A stretch of DNA of 47,749 bases from Elusimicrobiota bacterium (GCA_043819795.1 JBDREN010000151.1:1-47749); one strand, 5' to 3'. Shown: positions 28,676 to 38,120, numbered from the stretch's first letter. A program made the numbers and translations. Notes: a model not told the origin generated them from the sequence alone.

Positions 28676-28751
28676 GTCGCGCCTCCCGGCCGATGGCTCA
28701 TCAGTCCTAATAGTACTAGCGGTAATTGAGCGCGGACCGAACATCCATTCC

Positions 28752-29765
28752 TCATTTGCGGGCTTTCCTGGATCTGATCTCATAGGACGCGACCTGCATC
28801 GTCCATTCGTAGCGCTCCAGCTTGGCGAGCCTACGCATGACCTCCGCCATCTTCCCCATGCTCACGGCGGCGTACGGATCTTGCCGCCTCAGCGGGACCG
28901 CAGCCTCCGGGGGCATGAGTTCCTTCTTGGCCGCCACAACCAAGAGCCTTTCGGTGACTACGGACTCTCCGCGGGGCAGCATCGCCCTGTAGGCTATGCC
29001 GCTGCCTTCGCCCGGGATATCGACCAGCTCGCCGGCCTTCACGCGGTTGTCCGTCTGTAGACGGTTGGGAAAGACCATGAAGATGTTGTCCCGGCTGTCC
29101 CAGCTGAAGACGTATAAGCGGGCGTCCCTCGATACCGACAACGCGATCCGCACCGGCTCGCCTTCGTAGTATTGGCTTCGGTCGATCCCAAGGGGCGTCC
29201 CCGAACGGCGGTCCAATATCTGGAACGCGGGGTCGACAGCCCCCTTGAATACGATCGTCCCGCGGACGCGGACCCGGCAGGTCGTGACGCCGTCCCCGAC
29301 ATCGCACTCCGGCTCCCCGGCCTTCTCGTTCATGAGCAGCCCGCGGTTGGAGGAGAAAAGAAACCTCGCCACGGCTTCGTAGCGGTCCTTCCCCATCTGG
29401 GAGGAGTAGTCGCTGAAGCCGTAGAAGATGTCCGTGCCCTTGCGCATCGCCTTGGCACGGGCGTCCTCCTTCGCCCGCCTCACGGCCGTTTCTTGGGTTT
29501 CGTGACTGAGGGCCTTCCCGACGCCGGTCTCATCGAACCGGACAGTCTCGTCTTCGGTCCGCGTCCACGATTCCGCCGGACTCGGGACGGACCCTCTCCT
29601 GAGCCTATCCGACTCCGGCCCCGCATATTCTCGCTGGGCCGTCCCCTTCTCAAGCGTCCGCATCTCGCGCAGCCCCTCGTCCAGGCGCGGCTTCATACTC
29701 GCGGGCGCGGGGGGGCCGGCGCAGGAGGCCGAGAGCACCAGCGCCGAAATGAGCATCCACCTCAT
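28752..29765 (-). CDS. Lipoprotein with a C-terminal DUF4384-like domain
   Basis: Lipobox SAS-C; Y..GEPVRI......DARLYVF.......MVFPN......VKAG...IP pattern. Confidence 0.75.
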   Translation of the reverse strand: MRWMLISALVLSASCAGPPAPASMKPRLDEGLREMRTLEKGTAQREYAGPESDRLRRGSVPSPAESWTRTEDETVRFDETGVGKALSHETQETAVRRAKEDARAKAMRKGTDIFYGFSDYSSQMGKDRYEAVARFLFSSNRGLLMNEKAGEPECDVGDGVTTCRVRVRGTIVFKGAVDPAFQILDRRSGTPLGIDRSQYYEGEPVRIALSVSRDARLYVFSWDSRDNIFMVFPNRLQTDNRVKAGELVDIPGEGSGIAYRAMLPRGESVVTERLLVVAAKKELMPPEAAVPLRRQDPYAAVSMGKMAEVMRRLAKLERYEWTMQVASYEIRSRKARK

Positions 29766-29935
29766 GGTTTTTGCGTTCCGAGCTCTTTTTCGAACTCCGC
29801 CTCTCCCTGGGCGGGCGGCAGCTCCTTGAACAGGGATTCAGCCCTCATGCGGACATCGTTCTTGGGCGGCGAAGCGCAGCCCAGAGGCATTATCCCTAAT
29901 GCGAGCGCCAGCAACGCCGCCGTCAGCCGAGACAT
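29762..29935 (-). CDS. Small 57-aa lipoprotein
   Basis: MSRLTAALLALALGIMPLG-C lipobox; SD GGGAG; ATGA coupling to the next gene. Confidence 0.7.
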   Translation of the reverse strand: MSRLTAALLALALGIMPLGCASPPKNDVRMRAESLFKELPPAQGEAEFEKELGTQKP

Positions 29936-30089
29936 GGTCTCCCGCTTCTTCGATAGAATGGGAAACCCGCACGCGCCGGCATGCCGGTGGAGAGCTATGA
30001 TCCAGTCCAAGGGGGACCTCCTGAAAAAATTCACCCCTTGAGAAGGGAGAGGCCGGGATAGGACGGCCTCGAGACCCTCCTCACATCTT

Positions 30090-30238
30090 AGTATACCCCG
30101 CATATCCGGCCTCCGCAATGCAAAAATCCAGCCGAATCCGGCGGTTCCGCTTGAGGTTCCTCTCGACGGAGGCTGGCGTCCGGACGGGACGTTTCGGTTT
30201 GATGTCGCATTGCATCTCCCCAGCGAGCGGGCTATACT
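30090..30238. promoter_or_regulatory. Back-to-back sigma70-like promoters
   Basis: Minus: TTGCGG(30118-30113)-17-TATACT(30095-30090). Plus: TTGCAT(30210-30215)-17-TATACT(30233-30238). Confidence 0.6.
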
Positions 30239-30366
30239 TACTTTTGTCAAGTAGAGGGCCCTGGGAGGCCCAGTCCTATCCACCGGAACCTCCCAGGACC
30301 GAAATCCTCGTTATCCCTATTAGCGGAGAACCGGACGAAACCGAACACCCGCGGACCCGCCGCAAA

Positions 30367-30984
30367 ATGCCGGAAAACCAAATCGAGCCTCTAGCGAGCT
30401 CCCTGACGCTGGTCAGGCAGGCCAAAGAAGGCGACACCGAGGCGCTCGACGCGCTCTTCAGGCGCTACGCCTCCCGCGTGCTCCATATCGCCCGCGTCCG
30501 GCTCGGGCCGGGCTTGCGGACGAGACTGGACTCCCAGGACATCGTCCAGGAGGCCTTCATCCGCGCGGTCAAAGGGTTCGGGAAGTTCGAGGTCCGGCAT
30601 GAGGGGGCGTTCCTGCACTGGATGAGCGAGCTGGTCAGGAACGCCATCCGCGACCAATACGACTATTTCCACGCGAAGAAGCGCGCGATGTCCAGGGACG
30701 TGGCCCTCATCCGGCCCACCGATTTGACGGACCACGGGGCTGCGACCGTCCCTGGGTTCGACCCTACGCCCAGCCGGGTGTTCGCGGCGAGGGAGGACAT
30801 CCAGAAGCTGGTCGATGCCATGGACCGGCTCCCCGAGGAAGCCCGGGAGGCTGTGGTGCAAAGGGATATGGAAGGCCTGCCCTTCGCCGAGATCGGGAAG
30901 ATGATGGGCCGCTCGGAGGACGCGGCGCGCATGCTCTACGCCCGCGCCAAGGCCAAGCTGGCAGCCTTGATGCAGGCCTCATAG
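30367..30984 (+). CDS. ECF sigma factor of the kinase-associated (planctomycete-like) type
   Basis: AKEGDTEALDALFRRY, LRTRLDSQDIVQEAF, HAKKR, TPSR, region 4 HTH; followed by a Ser/Thr kinase. Confidence 0.88.
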   Translation: MPENQIEPLASSLTLVRQAKEGDTEALDALFRRYASRVLHIARVRLGPGLRTRLDSQDIVQEAFIRAVKGFGKFEVRHEGAFLHWMSELVRNAIRDQYDYFHAKKRAMSRDVALIRPTDLTDHGAATVPGFDPTPSRVFAAREDIQKLVDAMDRLPEEAREAVVQRDMEGLPFAEIGKMMGRSEDAARMLYARAKAKLAALMQAS

Positions 30985-30986
30985 CG

Positions 30987-33368
30987 ATGGGCGATTCCGA
31001 GAAGCCGACCAGCGTTGACGCCATCATGGAGGCCTTCCTCGAGGCGCAGGCCAGAGGCGAGGCTCCCGACCAGGAAGCCCTCTTGAAGGAGCATCCCGAG
31101 CACAGAGAACAGTTTCAAGCCCGTCTCGCTGCCTTGGGCCGGGTCGACGACTGCTTTCGCATGATCCGCGAAAGCTCCTCGCAGGGAGACGGGCCTAGGG
31201 TCGAGATTCCTAAGAACCTGCGGATCACCGGGTACCGAATACTGGACAAGATCGGCGAGGGGGGCATGAGCGCGGTCTTCCTGGCGGAGCAGACCGCTCT
31301 CAAGAGGCTGGTGGCCCTCAAGGTCATGTCCCCGGCGTGGTCCAGCGACGCGCGCTCCATCGCCCGCTTCAAGCGCGAGGCGGAGACCATCGCCCGGCTC
31401 GCGCATCCGGGAATCGTGCCCATCCATCACTTCGGGGGTGAGGATGGGACCCACTTCCTGGTCCTCGATCTCGTCTCCGGCATCGACTTGGGGAGCCTGA
31501 TCCAAGGACTCAAGGGATCCGGCGTCCCGGAGAACGGACTCCCGGTCCTGGAGATCATGCGAGGGCGTATGGACCGGATCGGCGCGGTCGCCGCCGAGCA
31601 TGGGAAGCGGCCGGACGATCCGGGAGCCGACAAGGAGTTCTGGTCACGGCCCTATCCCGAGATTTGCGCAACGATTCTCCGTGACGTGGCGGCCGCCCTG
31701 GAATGCGCCCACGAGAAAGGCGTGATACACCGCGACATCAAGCCGTCCAACATCATCGTCTCACCGGACGGCAAGCCTCGGATCATAGACTTCGGGCTGA
31801 CGCTTCCCGAATCGGCGGACGCCCTGACGCGGTCGACGGACTTCCTCGGCACCGTCCTGTACGCTTCGCCCGAGCAGGTATCGGGAAGCGCGCACGACGT
31901 GGGGCCTCAGAGCGATCTGTTCTCTTTAGGCGCGGTCATGTACGAGCTGTTGACCCTGCGGCGGCCCTTCGAGGGAGGATCCCTCTCTGAGGTCTTCGAG
32001 AAGCTGACCCGGCAAGACCCCCCCTCCATGCGGAGACAGACGTCTCAGGTCCCCCCTGATTTGGAAACCATCTGCTTCGTGGCCCTCGAGAAGGAAGGCA
32101 AGCATCGCTACGCCTCGGCCAAGGAGCTCAAGGACGACCTCCAACGGTTCTTGGACCACCGCACGATAAGAGCGCGGCCCACTCCGCTCATGCGGAGACT
32201 GGGCAAGCTGATCCGCAGAAATCCCGTTCCCATCGCCGCGGCGGCCCTCCTGCTCGCGGCAGGCGGGGGTTTCTGGTGGAAGCTCGCCCATACGCGGTCC
32301 ACGGCATCGCAGGCGAGCCATGAGCTGGCCGAGGCGCGGTCCAGGCTTGAGCAGGCCCGCGAGGCCTCTGAACAAGATGTGCGGCAGGAACGATACCTCC
32401 GCATCGTCTCTGAAGGAAAGGCATTGCTGAAAGAAGGCCATTCGGAAAGGGCGCAGAAGTTGTTCTCCGATGCGATAGAGCTGGCGCCGGAGAGGCCGGA
32501 AGCATACCTCACCCGCGCCGAAGCCTCCTTTCTATCAGAATCGGGTCTGTCGCATGCCCTGGCCGACATCCGGAAGGCGGAAGCCCTACAAACGCCCGGC
32601 CGGGATGCCCTGACCTTGAAGGCGGCCGTCCTCCACCGTCTAGGAAGGAACGAAGAGAGCATCCAGACGGAAAGGGAGATCCTGAGGCGTTTCCCGAACG
32701 ACCGCGAGGCCTCGATCAGGCTGTCCTACAGGCTGATGGAATCCAAGGAGTACCCCGAAGCCGCTAGCCTTCTTGAGGAGCGCATCAAGAGCAACCCCGA
32801 CGACCCCGAGCTTCTAACGGCCGCGGCCTGGGCCGACCTGGGGCTCGAGAGGGTCGAAACAGCGTTGGCGCGCGCCGGAAAGGCCGCACGGATCGCTCCG
32901 AGCAATGCGTCGGTGCATATGGCGCTGGGGCACGCGTTGATGCGGTCGAAGCGCTATGCGGAGGCCGCCGGCGCCTTTTCACTATTGCTCAAGGTGGAGC
33001 CCGCCAACGTCAAAGCGAGGCTCCTGTGCGCCGAGGCCCTGACTCTGGCGGGCGAGCTGGAGGCGGGAGAAAGACAGTTCCTCGCGTCCCTGGACCAGGG
33101 CGCGGCCGATGCGCGGGCGCTTCAGGGACTGGCTGGGAATCTGGTCCGGCAGGGCAGGGTGGAGGAAGCGGTCGGGCTATACAAGCGGAGCTTGGCGGCG
33201 GGCGAAGGGAACGCGAGCACGCTCATCATGATCGCGGAGTTGCTCGAAATCGTCGGCCGCCCCGATGAAGCCGTCGATTTTTATGAAAGAGCCGGCAAGC
33301 TCGCCACCTCCGACAGCGACCGGCAGCACGTCAAAGAGAAGCTCGACAAGCTATTGAACAAGCCGTAG
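30987..33368 (+). CDS. Hanks-type Ser/Thr protein kinase with a TM segment and C-terminal TPR array
   Basis: IGEGGMSAV, VALK, HRDIKPSN, DFGL, GTVLYASPEQ, SDLFSLG; TM IAAAALLLAAGGGFWW; multiple TPRs. Confidence 0.95.
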   Translation: MGDSEKPTSVDAIMEAFLEAQARGEAPDQEALLKEHPEHREQFQARLAALGRVDDCFRMIRESSSQGDGPRVEIPKNLRITGYRILDKIGEGGMSAVFLAEQTALKRLVALKVMSPAWSSDARSIARFKREAETIARLAHPGIVPIHHFGGEDGTHFLVLDLVSGIDLGSLIQGLKGSGVPENGLPVLEIMRGRMDRIGAVAAEHGKRPDDPGADKEFWSRPYPEICATILRDVAAALECAHEKGVIHRDIKPSNIIVSPDGKPRIIDFGLTLPESADALTRSTDFLGTVLYASPEQVSGSAHDVGPQSDLFSLGAVMYELLTLRRPFEGGSLSEVFEKLTRQDPPSMRRQTSQVPPDLETICFVALEKEGKHRYASAKELKDDLQRFLDHRTIRARPTPLMRRLGKLIRRNPVPIAAAALLLAAGGGFWWKLAHTRSTASQASHELAEARSRLEQAREASEQDVRQERYLRIVSEGKALLKEGHSERAQKLFSDAIELAPERPEAYLTRAEASFLSESGLSHALADIRKAEALQTPGRDALTLKAAVLHRLGRNEESIQTEREILRRFPNDREASIRLSYRLMESKEYPEAASLLEERIKSNPDDPELLTAAAWADLGLERVETALARAGKAARIAPSNASVHMALGHALMRSKRYAEAAGAFSLLLKVEPANVKARLLCAEALTLAGELEAGERQFLASLDQGAADARALQGLAGNLVRQGRVEEAVGLYKRSLAAGEGNASTLIMIAELLEIVGRPDEAVDFYERAGKLATSDSDRQHVKEKLDKLLNKP

Positions 33369-33521
33369 CTCATCGCCTCTCCGTCGGAGAACGGTCTGCG
33401 GCACTTACAACACTTTTTACAACACTTTGGCGTCAAAACGGGATACGAAGCGAGCGCTGCTGATCTTAACTGTCGTCGGAGAAACGTCTTTAGGCGGGGT
33501 CTTAGGCGGGGCCCAGGCAGA

Positions 33522-33568
33522 TTAGCAAACCGCCCCCTTCAGCCTCTCGGGCACCTCACCTTTCGACG
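33522..33568 (-). repeat. Duplicate of the tRNA-Ser 5' half plus 8 bp (junction att between the large and mini elements)
   Basis: 47/47 identical to 7903-7949; stops at the anticodon loop. Confidence 0.95.
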
Positions 33569-33858
33569 TCCATCCAAGCATTTCCGACGGATTAGAGCAA
33601 GACGGAGAACGGTCCGCGGCACTTACAACACTATTTACAGTGCTTTGGCTTTCGCTGATATTTATCGAAGAGGATTTGGATGCTATTGGCGTCGCGCACA
33701 ATCTTCCCGGGGCGAGTCGCGGGGCTGGGATCCACCGAGGCATGCCGAAGCCCGAGAGTTCCTCCGGCCGGACCAAGCCGCGGCTGTTCGTCTAATAACG
33801 GAAGCGGCGGTGTCCGCGCCGCCGATCCAAAAGTATCGAAAGGTTCAGCCAGACGACC

Positions 33859-33939
33859 TTATATGCCGGGCACAAACGGAATGCACCCACCTATAAACGC
33901 GCATACGGCGCCGATAAGCAGTAGCGCAAATATTCTCAT
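33859..33939 (-). CDS. Candidate leaderless 26-aa hydrophobic peptide (MRIFALLLIGAVCAFIGGCIPFVPGI), or the 5' stub of a broken lipoprotein gene
   Basis: ATG lies 6 nt downstream of TTGACA(33973-33968)-16-TATACT(33951-33946). Confidence 0.4.
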   Translation of the reverse strand: MRIFALLLIGAVCAFIGGCIPFVPGI

Positions 33940-34372
33940 GCGCAAAGTATAGCCGATACGCTTGATTTGTCAAGAGAATCGGTTTGCCTCGATCCTGAGT
34001 CCGGCCCCCGGTCCCAACGCGCCGGCGTTGATATTAAGGGTCTGTCCGAATAATCCTGCCGGGCGCGCGATTTCCGCTGATGGCCTGCGACTGCGGATGC
34101 AAGCTTCTGCAGAAAGGACCGCTCCTACTGCGCCGATACGGGCGTGATGTGCGTCTTGAACTCCCGGGAGCTGGCGTTGGTCCACACACCGCCATCGGTC
34201 ACCTGCGACCCGGAGACTTTCGCAGAGTACTCGCCGGATAAACGGTCCGCGGCACTTACAACATTTATTACATCACTTTGGCGCTCAAAAGGGATGCGAA
34301 GCGAGCGCTGCTGATCGGAGCTGTCGTCGGCGAGAGGTCGTCCGGCGGGGTATCCGGCGGGGCCGAGCGAGA

Positions 34373-34411
34373 TAGCAAACCGCCCCCTTCAGCCGCTCGG
34401 GCACCTCACCT
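34373..34411 (-). repeat. Displaced, probably original chromosomal tRNA-Ser 5' half
   Basis: One D-loop mismatch against the intact gene; different upstream flank. Confidence 0.9.
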
Positions 34412-34433
34412 AAAGCCAAATGGCTCTGAGGGG

Positions 34434-34461
34434 ATAATATCTTTTCCCGGTCGCGATACAA
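34434..34461 (-). promoter_or_regulatory. Probable native tRNA-Ser promoter
   Basis: TTGTAT(34461-34456)-16-TATTAT(34439-34434), 23 nt upstream of the displaced 5' half. Confidence 0.6.
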
Positions 34462-34574
34462 TCGGGCGCGACAGCCCCCTCGAACTCGATCCCGCACCGT
34501 TCGCAGAGCGGGGGGGGGTGACCTCGATGACTCATGTCGAGCGCGGAACGCGCGCCTGAAGACCTCCGGCGTTC

Positions 34575-37088
34575 TTACGGCTTCCAGTAGCTCAGCTCGC
34601 TTGCCCCGCCTTTTGAAGAGAGGGCGAAGACACGGATCTCGGCCTTGGAGAGGTCTCCGATCAGCTTCCGTGGGATGACGATCTCAAATCCCGGATTCGG
34701 CGGTAGACCGTCGCTTTCGGGCGACGCGATGTCGGGGCGCCCGATCCCGGCCGTGCCGCGAAAGAGAAACCGTTCCCCGGAGAAAACGAGGATCGATTCG
34801 GGCAGGGCTTTGCCGGCCGCGTCCACCGCCCAGCCTTGCAGGACCACGCTATCCTGGACCGCGTAGGCGCGTTCCACGCGACCCCGGAGCAAGCCTTCCC
34901 GAACGGGGTACCTCCTCCTGTCCGACGAGACGATGACCTTCCCGGAGCCGTCGGAGGCATCCTCGATTTTGAGCGAGCGGAGATCGGTACGGAGCTCCGA
35001 TAAAAAGATCTTTCTCTTGTTTCTCATGAGGGCGAACACTTCGACGGAGTTCGCGCCGGGAGTGAAGGCATCCTCCGGGATCATCACGGAAAAGCGGGCG
35101 GCTCCGCCTTTGACCACGCGGGCCCGAGTCGTGGCACGGACCTTTCCGCCTACGGCGAAAGCAAGATCAAACCGGCGGCCCTCGGCGCCGCTCAGGAGCA
35201 CTCTGCCGGTGAGAAGGGCGGGAGAAAGCGACGGGTGGGGCTCGCTCAGAATGGCGCTCTGCTCGATCTCGACCTCGAAGGGCAATGCGGGCCCGCGGGG
35301 AAGGCTCGATGGGGATCGGCCCAAGAGTTCGGGGGACGGACCGATCCGGTACACTCCCTTCCAGCCGTCGCCCGAGCCGAAGACTTTGACACGTCTTTCG
35401 AGAGCGCGCCGCTTCCGGTCAAACCCGGCGTCGAAACGCAGTCGAATCCCTTTCTTGGCGAGAGCGGTCTTGTGGGCGCGCGCCCCGGCGGATCCGTTGA
35501 GCGCGGAGCGTCCGTCGATCTCGGCGGAGAGGGGCAGGCCGATGACCTCGGCGATAGTGGGGAGCAGGTCAATGTGCTCCACATTGCGATCGAGCGTCCG
35601 GCCCTGTGTCTGGCTCGGGAGTTTGACGAAAAGTGGGATGGGGAGCAGGTCTTCCGCGGTTTCCTCTGAGAGCTCCGAGCGAAGGCCGCCCGGACGGAAG
35701 CTCATGCCGTGGTCCGATGTTATCACCAGCAAGCAACGGTCATAGAGCCCGATTTTCCTGAGCCGCGCCGCCAACTCCCCCAGGAGGCGGTCGGTCAGCC
35801 CGATCTGGAGCAGATGCCGCTGCTGGATCTGACGGATGCGGAACTCGTCTTCCACCCAGCGGGCGTCGAAAAAGCGGCGACCGGGTATGACGGTGCCCCG
35901 CTTCGAGAGGTGGCCGCGATCCTGATACCTCCTTCCGGAAGGGAGGTAGACGAAGGGCGGATGGGGGAGCATGACATGGAGAAAGTGAAGGGTGGGTCTC
36001 TCCGAGGGAGTTATGGATCCCACGAAGCGCGAGAAGGCGGCACGCCGGTCGGTCAGCGAGTCTTCCGCCCTTTGGTGCTGAACGTCCCGCATGTCGCTCA
36101 AAAAGTCTCCCCACGTCAGCGACACGGATGGAAGATGCTCCCGGAGCTCGCGCGGATAGACCAGATGCCGATAGACGACGAAAAGATCGGATAACGCATT
36201 GCGCGTCCGGGCGAGCGCGCCTGGCCGGGAAATATCGTGCGCGCAGACGTCGGGAGGGCAGAGCATGGTGTTGTTCTCGACAACATGCATGTCATAGCTG
36301 TCGGCCAGCAGGGCAAACAGGTTGCCCGGGTGGTCGAGCCAGAGCGCTGCCGCGGATGGGTCGGGACTGCGGCCTTCGAGCATGGCGGGGACCGATGTCA
36401 ATGTTTCCACCGATGCCGTTGTGGCGTTGCGGAACCAGAGCGATCCTCTGGCGAGGGCCGCGAAGTTCGGGTATCGCGAAGCGTCGATGCCGTATCCCTT
36501 ATCCAGCAGTGAGATAAGCGGCAGTCCATCGAACACGATGAATACGATGGGCGGACGCTTTTGCGGAGTTCCCGCGGGAGATGTGTCAGGAGCCCCCGCG
36601 TGGCTCCGGCCCGGAAAGACCAGGGGGCGCACTCCGGAGTTGAGGAGGAATATCGTGGGGAAGAGGATCAGGCACGGAGCAAGGACCGTTACGAACAGCT
36701 TGGCTGCCCCGTATCGAGAGAGCATCCACGCGGCTCCGATCCCAAGACCCGCTGATAATGGAATAAGAACCCAAGAGTGAGGCATCGGGAACCGGTTGAA
36801 GGCCTGGATCGCGATCAGCGCGGCGAAAACAGCGGCCATAAGGCCGTGGACCGCCGCGTGCGTCCGGCGTCCGGCAAGCCTCGCGGCCGCTTCGAGGGAG
36901 ATCGAGATCAAAGGAGGGAGCGCGGCTAGAGCGAGCGTGAGTAGGAGGATGTCGACCGGGTCGGGACGCCGAGCGAGAAGAAAGCCGGGGTTGCGCGCGA
37001 TGATGTCGAAGAGGGGCTGGGTGATCGCCAGGGCGGCGAGTACGGCGATGTGGAGGCCCGCCTCAACGAGAGGGTGAAGGCGTTTCAA
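34575..37088 (-). CDS. Membrane-anchored sulfatase-like hydrolase/transferase (alkaline phosphatase superfamily)
   Basis: About five N-terminal TMs; IVFIVFDG, YPNF, T..SVPAML.G, HVMLPHPPF, ITSDHG, IDLLPTI; C-terminal Ig-like GWAVD domain; TTG start. Confidence 0.85.
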   Translation of the reverse strand: MKRLHPLVEAGLHIAVLAALAITQPLFDIIARNPGFLLARRPDPVDILLLTLALAALPPLISISLEAAARLAGRRTHAAVHGLMAAVFAALIAIQAFNRFPMPHSWVLIPLSAGLGIGAAWMLSRYGAAKLFVTVLAPCLILFPTIFLLNSGVRPLVFPGRSHAGAPDTSPAGTPQKRPPIVFIVFDGLPLISLLDKGYGIDASRYPNFAALARGSLWFRNATTASVETLTSVPAMLEGRSPDPSAAALWLDHPGNLFALLADSYDMHVVENNTMLCPPDVCAHDISRPGALARTRNALSDLFVVYRHLVYPRELREHLPSVSLTWGDFLSDMRDVQHQRAEDSLTDRRAAFSRFVGSITPSERPTLHFLHVMLPHPPFVYLPSGRRYQDRGHLSKRGTVIPGRRFFDARWVEDEFRIRQIQQRHLLQIGLTDRLLGELAARLRKIGLYDRCLLVITSDHGMSFRPGGLRSELSEETAEDLLPIPLFVKLPSQTQGRTLDRNVEHIDLLPTIAEVIGLPLSAEIDGRSALNGSAGARAHKTALAKKGIRLRFDAGFDRKRRALERRVKVFGSGDGWKGVYRIGPSPELLGRSPSSLPRGPALPFEVEIEQSAILSEPHPSLSPALLTGRVLLSGAEGRRFDLAFAVGGKVRATTRARVVKGGAARFSVMIPEDAFTPGANSVEVFALMRNKRKIFLSELRTDLRSLKIEDASDGSGKVIVSSDRRRYPVREGLLRGRVERAYAVQDSVVLQGWAVDAAGKALPESILVFSGERFLFRGTAGIGRPDIASPESDGLPPNPGFEIVIPRKLIGDLSKAEIRVFALSSKGGASELSYWKP

Positions 37089-37237
37089 GGCGTCGCTCCC
37101 AAGCTCATGAGTTCCAATAGGTCGATTCGCCGGCCGCGCCTTCCTGCGATAGCGCGAAAAGGCGGACTTGGCTTCGCGAAAGATATCCGAACATGAGGAG
37201 CGGCAACTGAAACCTGAAGCCCGCCCGCTTTTAGGCG

Positions 37238-37900
37238 TCAGGCCTCATGCGGCCTGCTGAGCCGTCCCACCAGCCACAGACCCGCGACGACCGTTAGGAG
37301 GTTCGCCGCGATGATCGCGTGTTCCCCCCCAATCCGACGCATGGCCAGGGCGAAGAGCGTGCCGAAAGCCACGATCCATATCTGGGGCGTCCGCCGACCC
37401 GCGATGATGAGGACGGCCGATAGGCCCAGATAGACGGGCTCAAGGCGCTCCGGCGCGACTCCCCGTCCAAAGAATAAAAGATAGACCGACCATAAGACGC
37501 ACGCCAGCGCCACGGCTCGGGACCTCGCCGCATTCCAGAAGCCCTCGCCCTTAAGAAGGGATTGGGTCGCGAAGACCGCGGCCGCTACCGCGACCGCGGA
37601 GCCGAGCTTCAGCGAGCATACTCCGAAGCAGGTCAGAATCGAATAGTGACGGACGATCCCCATGAGGATTAGGAAGGCGAAGATGGATAAAGCCGCGCTC
37701 CGGGACGCGCGGACGTCCAAGAAGGCTGGGAGCGTCATAAGCCGCCCGACAGCGACCGTCGCGGCCCATTCGACGGCCAGGAGGGTCGCCAGGACCGGGA
37801 AGATCCAGTGATGGTGGAGCATCTGGAACGCCGGCGTGGATGTCACGCCGATAAAGAGCATGAGGTTCACCCCGATCACGGCCCAGGCGGCCTTGTTCAT
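37238..37900 (-). CDS. Hypothetical multi-pass membrane protein
   Basis: 220 aa, almost entirely hydrophobic helices. Confidence 0.6.
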   Translation of the reverse strand: MNKAAWAVIGVNLMLFIGVTSTPAFQMLHHHWIFPVLATLLAVEWAATVAVGRLMTLPAFLDVRASRSAALSIFAFLILMGIVRHYSILTCFGVCSLKLGSAVAVAAAVFATQSLLKGEGFWNAARSRAVALACVLWSVYLLFFGRGVAPERLEPVYLGLSAVLIIAGRRTPQIWIVAFGTLFALAMRRIGGEHAIIAANLLTVVAGLWLVGRLSRPHEA

Positions 37901-37973
37901 GACGACAGCATAGAAAATTTGTAATAGCCGGTTTCATGTCCGACGTTTCCGTCGGGTAGGATCTGTTGACAAT

Positions 37974-38120
37974 GTGACTCCTCTCCCGGTCGTGGTATCG
38001 TTCCCAGCGCGAAAGCTTCTGCTCAAGGTCACGATCATCGGCAAAACTCTGCTTGGCATAGAATTCCTGTTTATCGGTGCTCAAGGAACGTTCGACCTTG
38101 CCGTTGAGCCGCGGGCGGAT
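37974..38120 (-). pseudogene. IS481/IS3-type transposase C-terminal fragment
   Basis: PRLNGKVERS..TDKQEFY...LEQKL..WE.Y....RSH integrase-core tail; the rest of the gene is absent. Confidence 0.7.

Larger units (their letters stand above)
7903..33568. mobile_element. 25.6-kb integrative, probably mobilizable element inserted at the tRNA-Ser anticodon loop, duplicating the tRNA 5' half
   Basis: Identical 47-bp direct repeats 7903-7949 and 33522-33568; int, xis and relaxase genes at the left end; identical arm-like repeats at both ends. Confidence 0.92.
33522..34411. mobile_element. 850-bp tandem mini-element (non-autonomous or reduced) in the same att site
   Basis: tRNA 5'-half cores at both ends; arm repeats at 33623-33646 and 34256-34279; 34236-34411 is a diverged copy of 33386-33561. 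Confidence 0.8.

Noticed and set aside
7903..33568. Prophage
   Set aside because: No capsid, terminase, tail or lysis genes
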